From the NCBI GenBank assembly GCA_963748825.1, contig CAVVKN010000001.1, positions 1-26,677 of the forward strand: 26,677 nt of DNA. Reading direction: 5' to 3'. The stretch comes from Methanotrichaceae archaeon. GTDB taxonomy: Archaea; Halobacteriota; Methanosarcinia; Methanotrichales; Methanotrichaceae. Numbering within the stretch: the first letter of the stretch is position 1; every line of letters begins with the position of its first letter. A program made the translations under genes and the position numbers. Positions 1 through 8,733 of the stretch are shown in pieces. The notes below the pieces were generated by a model, which was not told the origin of the DNA, ran no database searches, and saw only the letters and a program-made list of their open reading frames with translations.

Positions 1-2
1 AC

Positions 3-572
3 ATCAGTACTGGCGGGATACCAACTGAAATATTTAATGCAGCAAGAAATATTATTGCTGATACTGAAAATAATTACCTTAAGACATACGCTCTTTCCTT
101 CGACTCGCTGTCCGCCAGTTGTAAAGGTAGCGAGACAACTATAGAGAGCCAAGCTTACCTTTGACAACGGCCCGGTTGCAGGAAAGATCGTCTCCTTCAT
201 CGTTACAGGCAGCAATTCTGCGACAGGCACCGCAACTACTGATGGCAATGGCTATGCAACATTCAAATACACACCAATTGTCGATGGAACGGATACTATC
301 ACTGCTACGGTTCAAGGTATAATTCTTGCTGGAGTAATCTGGGTAAGCCAAGACCATCAATCCCTAGCCAGTGCCAAAAAAAATCCTCTATCAAAATCTT
401 TTGGAGTATCGATCAATCCATCTCCCGTAGTATCAGCAACTAGCGCTGCAGTCTGCGCTGGCAATGCTGCTCATGCAGTTGGCTCAGGTCGACCTCGAAC
501 TGTGCTGCTGGCACCCTTACCTACAAGTGGTACCGAGTAGATGGTTTAGTAGAAACGCCCCTGACAGACGAC
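3..572 (+). pseudogene. 5' part of the giant surface protein gene (Big_1/invasin-like Ig domain plus start of the first repeat), broken by two frameshifts and running off the left edge
   Basis: Manual translation: frame 3 is open from 3 to TGA 162-164. Frame 1 from 145 reads RAKLTFDNGPVAGKIVSFIVTGSNSATGTATTDGNGYATFKYT...DTITATV (Big_1-like), then SPVVSATSAAVCAGNAAH (repeat 1). At 487-490 the sequence is GGTC where sister repeats have GTGAC, and frame 3 resumes at 492, continuing into the 573 ORF. May be sequencing error rather than true decay. Confidence 0.8.
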
Positions 573-3053
573 TTGAAGTACACAGGCACTGACACACTCA
601 CGCTCAATATTCCGGATGCAGTGCCAGCCGATGCAGGGACTTACAGACTGAAAGCAACCTGTTCAGGAACGCAATGTACAGGTGTAGCCGACGCAGTTCT
701 ATCGATCACATCTCCGGTTGTATCTGCAACAGGCACTGCGGTCTGCGCGGGCAATACGGCTCATCTAGTAGGCTCAGTGACGACCTCAAACTGTGCTTCT
801 GGCACCCTGACCTACAGGTGGTACCGAGTAGACGGTTTAGTAGAAATGCCCCTGACAGACGACTTGAAGTACACAGGCACGGGCACACTCACGGTCAATA
901 TCCTGGACGCATTGACCGCCGATGCAGGGACTTACAGACTGAAAGTAACTTGTTCAGAAACGCAATGTACAGGTGTAGCCGACGCAGTTCTGTCGATCGG
1001 ATCACCCGTAGTATCAGCAACCGGCGCTGCAGTCTGCGCAGGCAATACTGCTCATCTAGTTGGTTTAGTAACGACCGAGAACTGTGCTGCTGGCAGCACC
1101 CTGACCTACAAGTGGTACCGAGTAGACGGTTTAGTAGAAACACCCCTGACAGACGACTTGAAGTACACAGGCACTGACACACTCACGCTCAATATTCTGA
1201 ACGCAGTGGCAGCCGATGCAGGGACTTACAGACTGAAAGTAACCTGTTCTGGAACGCAGTGTACAGGTGTAGCCGACGCAATTCTGTCGGTCAACCAGTC
1301 TCCGGTTGTCTCAGCAACCGGCGCTGCAGTCTGCGCAGGCAATGCTGCTCATCTAGTTGGCTCAGTGACGACCTCGAACTGTGCTGCTGGCACCCTGACC
1401 TACAAGTGGTACCGAGTAGATGGTTTAGTAGAAATGCCCCTGACAGATGACTTGAAGTACACAGGCACTGACACACTCACGCTCAATATTCTGAATGCAG
1501 TGGCAGCCGATGCAGGGACTTACAGACTGAAAGCAACCTGTTCTGGAACGCAGTGTACAGGTGTAGCCGACGCAGTTCTGTCGATCACATCTCCGGTTGT
1601 CTCAGCAACCGGTACTGTAGTCTGCGCAGGCAATACTGCTCATCTAGTAGGCTCAGTGACGACCTCAAACTGTGCTGCTGGCACCCTGACCTACAAGTGG
1701 TACCGAGTAGACGGTTTAGTAGAAACGCCCCTGACAGATGACTTGAAGTACACAGGCACGGGCACACTCACGCTCAATATCCTGGACGCATTGGCAGCCG
1801 ATGCAGGGACTTACAGACTGAAAGTAACTTGTTCAGAAACGCAATGTACAGGTGTAGCCGAAGCAGTTCTATCGATAGGATCACCCGTAGTATCAGCAAC
1901 CGATGCTGCAGTCTGCGCAGGCAATACTGCTTATCTAGTGGGTTCAGTAACGACCGAGAACTGTGCTGCTGGCAGCACCCTGACCTACAAGTGGTACCGA
2001 GTAGACGGTTTAGCAGAAACCCTCCTGACAAACGACTTGAAGTACACAGGCACTGACACACTCACGCTCAATATTCTGAACGCAGTGGCAGCCGATGCAG
2101 GGACTTACAGACTGAAAGTAACCTGTTCTGGAACGCAGTGTACAGGTGTAGCCGACGCAGTTCTGTCGGTCGGATCTCTTGTTGTCTCAGCAACCGACGC
2201 TACAGTCTGCGCAGGCAATATTGCTCATCTAGTAGGCTCAGTGATGACCTCGAACTGTGCTGCCGGCAGCACTCTGACCTACAAGTGGTATCGAGTAGAG
2301 GGATCTTCTGAAACCTCCCTGACGGATGGCTCGAAGTACACAGATACTAGCACGATTACGCTTAATATTCTGAATGCAGTGCTCGCTGATGCAGGGACTT
2401 ACAGACTGAAAGCAACCTGTTCCGGAACGCAATGTACAGGTGTAGCCGAAGCAGTTCTGTCGGTCAGCCCGTCTCCTGTAGTCTCAGCTATCGGCTCTGC
2501 AGTCTGCGCAGGCAACACTGCTCATCTAGTAGGTTCAGTAACGACCGGGAACTGTGCTGCTGGCACTCTGACCTACAAGTGGTACCGAGTAGAGGCGGCA
2601 TCTGAAATATCCCTGACAGACGACTTGAAGTACACAGGCACTGACACATTCACACTCAATATACTGGATGCAGTGCCAGCCGATGCAGGGACTTACAGAC
2701 TGAAAGTAACTTGTTCAGAAACGCAATGTACAGGTGTAGCCGAAGCAGTTCTGTCGATCGGATCACCCGTAGTATCAGCAACCGATGCTGCAGTCTGCGA
2801 AGGCAATACTGCTCATCTAGTAGGTTCAGTAACGACCGGGAACTGTGCTGCTGGCACTCTGACCTACAAGTGGTATCGAGTAGAGTTGCCTTCTGAAACA
2901 TCCCTGACAGACAGCTCGAAGTACACGGGTACTGGCACAAACATGCTCAATATTCTGAATGCGGTGCCCGCCGATGCAGGGACATACAGACTGAGAGCAA
3001 CCTGTTCCGGAACGCAATGTACAGGTGTAGCCGAAGCAGTTCTTTCAGTCAAC
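421..3053 (+). repeat. Nine tandem coding repeats of 290-297 bp (Ig-like domains)
   Basis: Units begin near 421, 711, 1002, 1299, 1590, 1881, 2175, 2472 and 2763 (S[P/L]VVSA...) and end in TQCTGVA[D/E]A[V/I]LS. Nucleotide identity between units is visibly high. Confidence 0.95.
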
Positions 3054-5756
3054 AAATGCGGATCAATAACCCTTATCGAAACGCCCATCGGAGGCGATGG
3101 CACCTTCGGATTCACGGGCACCGGCTTCCCGGATGGATCTCCCTTGAATTCTCCAAGTCTCGGGCCGGATGCGTACAGCACTGAGCGCATAGGGCTCCTG
3201 GCAGGCAAGGATTACATAATATGCCAAACGTCGATGCCTCCTTACTGGTCTCTCGTTAACATCGTTGTTGAGGTTATTGAGGGGACGGCGAATGTTCAGT
3301 ACGGGTCCGACGACAACTGGCATGAAACGTTTGATGATATAACCGGCGACAAGTGCGTCAAGGTCCATATTGATCCCGGCGCGAACGTTAAAGTCACCTT
3401 CATCAACCAAAAGCAAAAGAGCGAAGGAGAAAAACCTGCAATAATACTAGAGTTGAACTTAACCAAGACTGCCCTTAACACCTCCGTTCATAGGGGCGAG
3501 GACATCTACTATGAAATCAAAGTCTGCAATAGCGGCTCCGGTGATCTGACCAATGTTACCGTTTGGGACGTACTGCCTCAGGGAGTGGAACTTATCACCA
3601 CCTATCCGGAAACAGGTTCGAGCCTCTCCTGGGACATTGGCACACTTCCTCCCAACAGTTGCTCACTGGTGCGGGTAGTAGTGCGCGTCCCGATAACGGA
3701 CATCAATTACGACATGACCCAGGGAGTCCAGGGAACGGGCTTCGTTAACGTCCATAACGACTACGACACCCACCAGGGCCCGGAGTCTGTAACCAATTGC
3801 GCCTATGCCAAAGCCGATCTGGTAGAGACCGTATCCTCTTGCGCTTCTACCGGCATCGTTGACCCGAGAACGGAGCTGAAGAGGCGTGAGTTTGGCAGCG
3901 GCACATATGAGAGCGAGGAGCTGACCCGCATCCGCACCGAGAACAAGTCCATCAAGACGGTCACCAACCTTTCTGCTGTGCACCAGCCCACCACCTTCTC
4001 CCTGCCCCAGGGCCGGTCCATCAACTATGGCACCAAATGGACTGAGAAGTCCAAGGGCAGCAACACCATAACCGGTGCATCCATGAACGAGGAGTACACC
4101 TCTGCCACCAAGATCAATAAAGAGAGATCCGTAGAGCTTGACAAGAACGGCTCGATCATGACTACCGAGGTGGAATTCGAAGGCCAGGGCCATATCGGCG
4201 TGCTCAAGAAGGAGAGCCCCGATTCCCATCCCAAGGTCAAGACGATCTTCGAATCCCGGGAGGACTACGCGGGCAATTTCAAGATCTATGAGAAGGTGGA
4301 TGAGTACGGCACCAGCGTAGTCTCGAACAAATCAACTTCGGGATTCGGCTACGTAGCCGTGGACAAGAAGATCCGGGACAGCCAGAGGACCTATGAGTCG
4401 GGCACGGGCTCTTACCAGAGCGAAGAGCTGATCGATACCCCGACCAGCTACATGGCAAAGAATATCAGCCTGGTCCATGCACCCGCCAGCTATAGTTACT
4501 CTCCGAGCTTCCGGGCCGATCAAGACATGAAGTGGAGTGAAGGCATGTGGTCCAAGAGCGGCGGCCTCTGTGGCGGGAATCTCATTACAGACATCGGTCC
4601 ATCCCGTCAGCTCGCTGCCTCCAGCTGCCTGGCCAATGGCACATCCCCGGGAACACTGATCAGCGAGAAGTACTCGTATCTCGACAACCTGCAGAAAGAG
4701 ACAGTGTTATCGGGCCTGAACGAGATGAAGACTGAGGCCAGCTTCAGTGGCATGGCTGACTACAGAGTCCTATCGCATGGCACGAATGGCACGGACGTGG
4801 TGGACAATGAGGAGCGCTATGTGGGCAGCTATGACATCAATAGGCATGTCCTCCTGACAGGCACCTCGAAGTACGACATACCCCACCTGACGGTTATCAA
4901 GGAAGGCCGAATCAAGAATGAGTGGTACAACAAGACTAATGCCACGCAGGCCGAGTACACCATAACGATAACCAATGACGGCAATCGTGCCCTTGCCCCT
5001 ATCTACGTAAGGGATCTCTTCCCGGCAGGCACACAATACGTAAAGTCGACCATAAGGCCTGCCAGTCTCACTGCTAGTGAAGTCAACTGGACTCTGATTC
5101 ACCTGGGCATAGGCAACACAATAACAATAGGCCTTACGCTAAACGTAACCGAAGGCGCTCCGGGAAATAACTTAGTCAACCGTGTTGTAGCATGCGGAAT
5201 GTCTGGTGATAAATCCGTGTGTGCCGGAAACTACTCTTCCCTGGAGTTCGGCTGGCTGACCTGCTGTCCACCAGAGGTTCTGGTCTCAAAGAAGGCATGG
5301 CTGGATGAGGCCGATCCTACCGTAGTCCACTATCGCATCATAGTGGATAACAAAGCGCCGGATAGCGTAGCAGTGACTGTGACAGATCAGCTAACCGGTG
5401 GCATGAAGCTGATGGGCGCATCCGTTGTGCCCAATTCATACGATGCCAACCAGATCGTATGGGCTTTGCCGGAGATCAAGCCTGGACGTTATGAGATCAT
5501 AGACTACGCGGCAAGGGTTTTGCGGGATGGAGGCTACACCAGCACCGTTCATATCGATGCCACGGCCATTAACGGCACGGGCTACGATACAATGGATGCG
5601 GCAGCCTACATCGAGGTCACGCGCACCGGTGTCGCGCCCAAGACGTTCAGATACGGCAGCTGGGAGCCGCCCGCCTGGAACCTGAGCGCGCCGGAACCGG
5701 GTTTGAACACGGACCCTGAATTGGAATTGGACGTGGAATCTGGAATTGAGGGCTGA
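573..5756 (+). CDS. Giant cell-surface protein with tandem Ig-like repeats and three DUF11 (conserved repeat domain)-like domains; true start lies upstream of the window
   Basis: 1727-aa ORF. Repeats carry the Ig strand motifs TLTYKWYR and DAGTYRL. DUF11-like motifs: LTKTA...IYYEIKVCNSGSGDLTNVTVWDVLPQGVEL (~3453), EYTITITNDGNRALAPIYVRDLFPAG (~4950), VHYRIIVDN...VTVTDQLTGGM (~5325). Many N-x-S/T sequons. The TTG at 573 lies inside a repeat, so it is not the real start. Confidence 0.9.
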   Translation: MKYTGTDTLTLNIPDAVPADAGTYRLKATCSGTQCTGVADAVLSITSPVVSATGTAVCAGNTAHLVGSVTTSNCASGTLTYRWYRVDGLVEMPLTDDLKYTGTGTLTVNILDALTADAGTYRLKVTCSETQCTGVADAVLSIGSPVVSATGAAVCAGNTAHLVGLVTTENCAAGSTLTYKWYRVDGLVETPLTDDLKYTGTDTLTLNILNAVAADAGTYRLKVTCSGTQCTGVADAILSVNQSPVVSATGAAVCAGNAAHLVGSVTTSNCAAGTLTYKWYRVDGLVEMPLTDDLKYTGTDTLTLNILNAVAADAGTYRLKATCSGTQCTGVADAVLSITSPVVSATGTVVCAGNTAHLVGSVTTSNCAAGTLTYKWYRVDGLVETPLTDDLKYTGTGTLTLNILDALAADAGTYRLKVTCSETQCTGVAEAVLSIGSPVVSATDAAVCAGNTAYLVGSVTTENCAAGSTLTYKWYRVDGLAETLLTNDLKYTGTDTLTLNILNAVAADAGTYRLKVTCSGTQCTGVADAVLSVGSLVVSATDATVCAGNIAHLVGSVMTSNCAAGSTLTYKWYRVEGSSETSLTDGSKYTDTSTITLNILNAVLADAGTYRLKATCSGTQCTGVAEAVLSVSPSPVVSAIGSAVCAGNTAHLVGSVTTGNCAAGTLTYKWYRVEAASEISLTDDLKYTGTDTFTLNILDAVPADAGTYRLKVTCSETQCTGVAEAVLSIGSPVVSATDAAVCEGNTAHLVGSVTTGNCAAGTLTYKWYRVELPSETSLTDSSKYTGTGTNMLNILNAVPADAGTYRLRATCSGTQCTGVAEAVLSVNKCGSITLIETPIGGDGTFGFTGTGFPDGSPLNSPSLGPDAYSTERIGLLAGKDYIICQTSMPPYWSLVNIVVEVIEGTANVQYGSDDNWHETFDDITGDKCVKVHIDPGANVKVTFINQKQKSEGEKPAIILELNLTKTALNTSVHRGEDIYYEIKVCNSGSGDLTNVTVWDVLPQGVELITTYPETGSSLSWDIGTLPPNSCSLVRVVVRVPITDINYDMTQGVQGTGFVNVHNDYDTHQGPESVTNCAYAKADLVETVSSCASTGIVDPRTELKRREFGSGTYESEELTRIRTENKSIKTVTNLSAVHQPTTFSLPQGRSINYGTKWTEKSKGSNTITGASMNEEYTSATKINKERSVELDKNGSIMTTEVEFEGQGHIGVLKKESPDSHPKVKTIFESREDYAGNFKIYEKVDEYGTSVVSNKSTSGFGYVAVDKKIRDSQRTYESGTGSYQSEELIDTPTSYMAKNISLVHAPASYSYSPSFRADQDMKWSEGMWSKSGGLCGGNLITDIGPSRQLAASSCLANGTSPGTLISEKYSYLDNLQKETVLSGLNEMKTEASFSGMADYRVLSHGTNGTDVVDNEERYVGSYDINRHVLLTGTSKYDIPHLTVIKEGRIKNEWYNKTNATQAEYTITITNDGNRALAPIYVRDLFPAGTQYVKSTIRPASLTASEVNWTLIHLGIGNTITIGLTLNVTEGAPGNNLVNRVVACGMSGDKSVCAGNYSSLEFGWLTCCPPEVLVSKKAWLDEADPTVVHYRIIVDNKAPDSVAVTVTDQLTGGMKLMGASVVPNSYDANQIVWALPEIKPGRYEIIDYAARVLRDGGYTSTVHIDATAINGTGYDTMDAAAYIEVTRTGVAPKTFRYGSWEPPAWNLSAPEPGLNTDPELELDVESGIEG

Positions 5757-5770
5757 GTAGTTGGTCTCCC

Positions 5771-5796
5771 TTTTTTCCAGATTTTGCTTTTTCTTT
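5771..5796 (+). terminator. Oligo-T archaeal terminator candidate after the surface protein gene
   Basis: TTTTTT at 5771-5776 followed by further T runs, just after the TGA at 5754-5756. Confidence 0.5.
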
Positions 5797-5850
5797 GCAT
5801 TTATCCTTAATTTTTAATATAACAATGCTTAAATTAAGATTATATTATTC

Positions 5851-5925
5851 CTTATGTTATAGCTAAATCAAAGGACATTTCTTATGTAATCAAGCAACAA
5901 GACTATAAATGGCAGTTACATAAGA
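5851..5925 (+). promoter_or_regulatory. TATA box flanked by a repeated CTTATGT(A/T)A motif; putative operator of the DUF6788-znu operon
   Basis: TATAAA at 5904-5909, purine-rich upstream, ~25 bp before TTG 5933. TCTTATGTAA (5880-5889) and TTACATAAGA (5916-5925) form a perfect 10-bp inverted repeat around it. A third direct copy, CTTATGTTAT, is at 5851-5860. Confidence 0.65.
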
Positions 5926-5932
5926 GGCGTTC

Positions 5933-6259
5933 TTGATACCCAAAACCATCATTCACTCACTGGAGCAGCAGGATCTCTCCGTGCTTTGCGAGATAAAGGA
6001 CCTCGTCGAGCGCCTCATCTTGGAAAGAAGCAAACCTCCCCTGCCAGATGAGCTGCCAGGCGACAGGGAGGTGTTAGATGTGCAGACGACCGGGTCGACT
6101 ACCTATCGTCTGGAGAAGGTCTCTTGCGGCAAGAACTGTAAAGGCTGTCCGCACGGTCCCTACTGGTACGGCTACTGGCGAGAGGGCGGCAAAACGCACT
6201 CCAAATACATCGGCAAGAATCTGAAGTCCTCAGAAACCAAAAAAGGTGTAGTAGTATGA
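5933..6259 (+). CDS. Small Cys/His protein, DUF6788-like; putative zinc-binding DNA-binding protein
   Basis: Motif CGKNCKGCPHGPYWYGYWREGGKTHSKYIGK. Helical N-terminus. Stop overlaps the next start (ATGA 6256-6259). TTG start placed as expected for a leaderless mRNA. Confidence 0.75.
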   Translation: MIPKTIIHSLEQQDLSVLCEIKDLVERLILERSKPPLPDELPGDREVLDVQTTGSTTYRLEKVSCGKNCKGCPHGPYWYGYWREGGKTHSKYIGKNLKSSETKKGVVV

Positions 6260-7143
6260 TCGGAAAAATTAATAAAAATAATATCTCTATATTGGCTTTA
6301 CTGCTGGCGGCGACCATACTCTCCGGCTGCGTCTCGCAAGATGAGTCCTCTCTTGCCGCTCCTTCCGGCAATGCTTCCGACAGGATCAAGGTGGCCACAA
6401 CCATAGCTCCTCTGGGCGACTTTGTTAAGGCGGTGGGCGGCGAGAAGGTCAAGGTCACTGTGGTAGTTCCGCCGGGAGCCGAGCCCCATACATTTGAGCC
6501 CACGCCATCTCTGATGATGAATATGGCCAGAGCCGATCTATATGTTATGAATGGGGCGGGTCTCGAATTCTGGATGGACAAGCTGCTGCAGGCCAATAAA
6601 GAGATGATAGTAGTAGACTCTTCTCAGGGCATTGACTTGCTGCAAGAGAGCGAGGATGAGATAGATCCGCACATCTGGCTTTCTCTGCGAAATGCCGCTG
6701 TGCAAGTCAATAACATCTGCTCCGGCCTGATAGAAGTCGATCCCCAAAATAGTGATTTTTATATCAAAAACCGAGATGATTATTTGGGCAAGCTTAAAGC
6801 TCTGGACGAAGAACTGAACCAGACCTTTGCCGGCAAAAAAAACAAGATCTTCATAGTGCAGCACCCCGCCTGGACCTACTTCGCTAGGGATTATGACCTC
6901 AGCCAGGTGTCGCTCATGGAAGGCGCGAAGGAGCCTGGCCCCAAGTACCTGGGAGTGGTTATCGAACTGGCCCGAAAGAATAATATAACTGCCATCTTTG
7001 TAGAGCCGCAGTTCAATCCCAAGTCTGCGGAGGTCATCGGTCGGGAGATGAATGCCAGCATCATAGCCCTTGATCCGCTGGCGGGAAATTATCTGGAAAA
7101 TATGAAATATGCGAGCCGGGAGATTGCCCAGAGCCAAACATGA
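6256..7143 (+). CDS. znuA: Zn/Mn ABC transporter substrate-binding lipoprotein (cluster A-I)
   Basis: Lipobox ILSGC; motifs PPGAEPHTFEPTP, DPHIWLS and HPAWTYFARDY; followed by ATPase and permease genes. Metal specificity is not proven. Confidence 0.92.
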   Translation: MIGKINKNNISILALLLAATILSGCVSQDESSLAAPSGNASDRIKVATTIAPLGDFVKAVGGEKVKVTVVVPPGAEPHTFEPTPSLMMNMARADLYVMNGAGLEFWMDKLLQANKEMIVVDSSQGIDLLQESEDEIDPHIWLSLRNAAVQVNNICSGLIEVDPQNSDFYIKNRDDYLGKLKALDEELNQTFAGKKNKIFIVQHPAWTYFARDYDLSQVSLMEGAKEPGPKYLGVVIELARKNNITAIFVEPQFNPKSAEVIGREMNASIIALDPLAGNYLENMKYASREIAQSQT

Positions 7144-7901
7144 CGGGGAAGATTGTATCCATCAGCGACCTTTGGGTCAGCCGGGCAGAGCACGTCGTCC
7201 TTGAGAACATAAATCTGGAGCTTTGTGCCGCGGACTTTCTCGGCCTTATTGGCCCCAACGGCGGCGGCAAATCCACTCTGCTGAAAGTAATGCTGGGCTT
7301 GATCAAGCCCAATCGAGGCAGCATTGCCATTTTTGGGCTGCCGCCCGCGGCGGCACGCAGCCGCGTTGGCTACATGCCCCAGAAGACCGTCTTCGACCAG
7401 AGCTTTCCTGTCAAGGTGCTGGATGTGGTGCTCATGGGAAGATACAGTCGCTCCGGGCTCCTGCATCGTTACAGTAGCCAGGACCGCAAGGCTGCCCTTG
7501 GAGCGCTGAAGGCCGTGGGAATGGATGATCGAGCAGAGCGCGAGATCGGTGCTCTCTCGGGAGGAGAGCAGCAGAGGGTCTTTGTAGCCCGCTCATTAGT
7601 CTCCGATCCTGAGCTGCTCCTCCTGGATGAGCCCACTGCAGGAGTTGATTCCGCACAGCAGACGGAGTTTTACGATCTGCTCTGTCACCTGAATCGCGAT
7701 CTTCACATCGCCATTGTGCTGGTCTCGCATGATGTCACCGCCATCTCCAAGTACGTGAACAAGATCGCCTGCTTAAACCAGCGGCTTTATTATCACGACT
7801 CCAAGGAACTCTCCAATGAGGACATCGAAAAGGCCTACGGCTGCCCGGTGGAGATGATAGCGCACGGCACGCCCCATCGGGTCTTGAGGGAACATGATTG
7901 A
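7140..7901 (+). CDS. znuC: Zn/Mn ABC transporter ATP-binding protein
   Basis: Walker A GPNGGGKST, signature LSGGEQQR, Walker B LLLLDEP, switch VSHD; ATGA overlap with znuA. Confidence 0.93.
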   Translation: MTGKIVSISDLWVSRAEHVVLENINLELCAADFLGLIGPNGGGKSTLLKVMLGLIKPNRGSIAIFGLPPAAARSRVGYMPQKTVFDQSFPVKVLDVVLMGRYSRSGLLHRYSSQDRKAALGALKAVGMDDRAEREIGALSGGEQQRVFVARSLVSDPELLLLDEPTAGVDSAQQTEFYDLLCHLNRDLHIAIVLVSHDVTAISKYVNKIACLNQRLYYHDSKELSNEDIEKAYGCPVEMIAHGTPHRVLREHD

Positions 7902-8694
7902 TTTGGATTTTCTCCAGTACGACTTCATGAGAAATGCCCTGGCTGCGGGCCTGGCCGCCTCGGTGCTCTGCGGCGTAATTGGAATATATGTAATTTTAAA
8001 TAAAATCGTATTCATCAGCGACGGTATCGCTCATGCAGCCTTCGGCGGCATTGGTCTTGGTTACTTCCTGGGTTACGATCCGCTGGCCTTCGGAATTGGA
8101 TCGGCCGTTTTAACCGCTCTCGGTATAGGCATGGTCAGCTCCCGGGCGCGTGTCTCGGAGGACACGGCCATTGGCGTCTTCATGGCTACCGGCATGGCTT
8201 TAGGAATAATGCTCCTTACTCTTTCCCAGGGCTATGCCAGAGACCTTTACGGCTACCTGTTCGGAAATATTTTGGCCGTGACGAGAGGCGATGTGCTGCT
8301 TATTTCTGCCCTCACATTGATCATCCTGGCTCTCGTCTTTCTGCTCTACAAAGAGTTTCTTCTCCTGAGCTTCGATCCTGTCTACGCAGAAGCCATAGGC
8401 CTTCCCGTGCAAAGCCTTCGTCTCTTGCTCCTGTCTATGGTGGCCTTTAGCGTGGTCATTCTCATCAAAATCGTGGGGATAATCATGGTCATAGCGCTTC
8501 TGACCATTCCCGGCGCTATAAGCCGGCGGCACCTGAAGGGTCTGCCCGTTATCATGGCCGGCTCCATATTCCTGGGCGCGATCTTTGTAACCATAGGGCT
8601 CTTGATATCTTATGAGCTGGATGTTCCCTCCGGAGCGACCATAATTCTGACGGCTGCCGTTGCCTTTTTCCTGAGCACCATGCTTTCCAGATAG
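7894..8694 (+). CDS. znuB: Zn/Mn ABC transporter permease (ABC-3 family)
   Basis: Hydrophobic multi-TM protein; motifs DGIAHAAFGG, EDTAIG, YLFGNIL and PSGATII. Confidence 0.93.
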   Translation: MIDLDFLQYDFMRNALAAGLAASVLCGVIGIYVILNKIVFISDGIAHAAFGGIGLGYFLGYDPLAFGIGSAVLTALGIGMVSSRARVSEDTAIGVFMATGMALGIMLLTLSQGYARDLYGYLFGNILAVTRGDVLLISALTLIILALVFLLYKEFLLLSFDPVYAEAIGLPVQSLRLLLLSMVAFSVVILIKIVGIIMVIALLTIPGAISRRHLKGLPVIMAGSIFLGAIFVTIGLLISYELDVPSGATIILTAAVAFFLSTMLSR

Positions 8695-8733
8695 ATAGGC
8701 TTAATTAAGGGATGCAAATTAACCTGAAAGAGG

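Noticed and set aside
162-540. Selenocysteine (TGA 162) or pyrrolysine (TAG 538) read-through
   Set aside because: The protein sense changes frame before each stop, so indels rather than recoding explain the breaks.
674-3017. Recurrent Cys/Arg-rich ORFs (MYRCSRR..., MCQCLCT...) on both strands
   Set aside because: They are alternative-frame shadows of the coding repeat and recur only because the DNA repeats.
421-3053. Repeat array as CRISPR or as a diversity-generating retroelement target
   Set aside because: Units are ~291-bp in-frame protein domains with no spacers, differences are not adenine-specific, and no cas or reverse transcriptase gene is present.
5841-5890. TTATGTTA resemblance to the XerD arm of a dif site
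   Set aside because: No partner arm at 6-bp spacing and no recombinase nearby; the arrangement around a TATA box fits an operator better.
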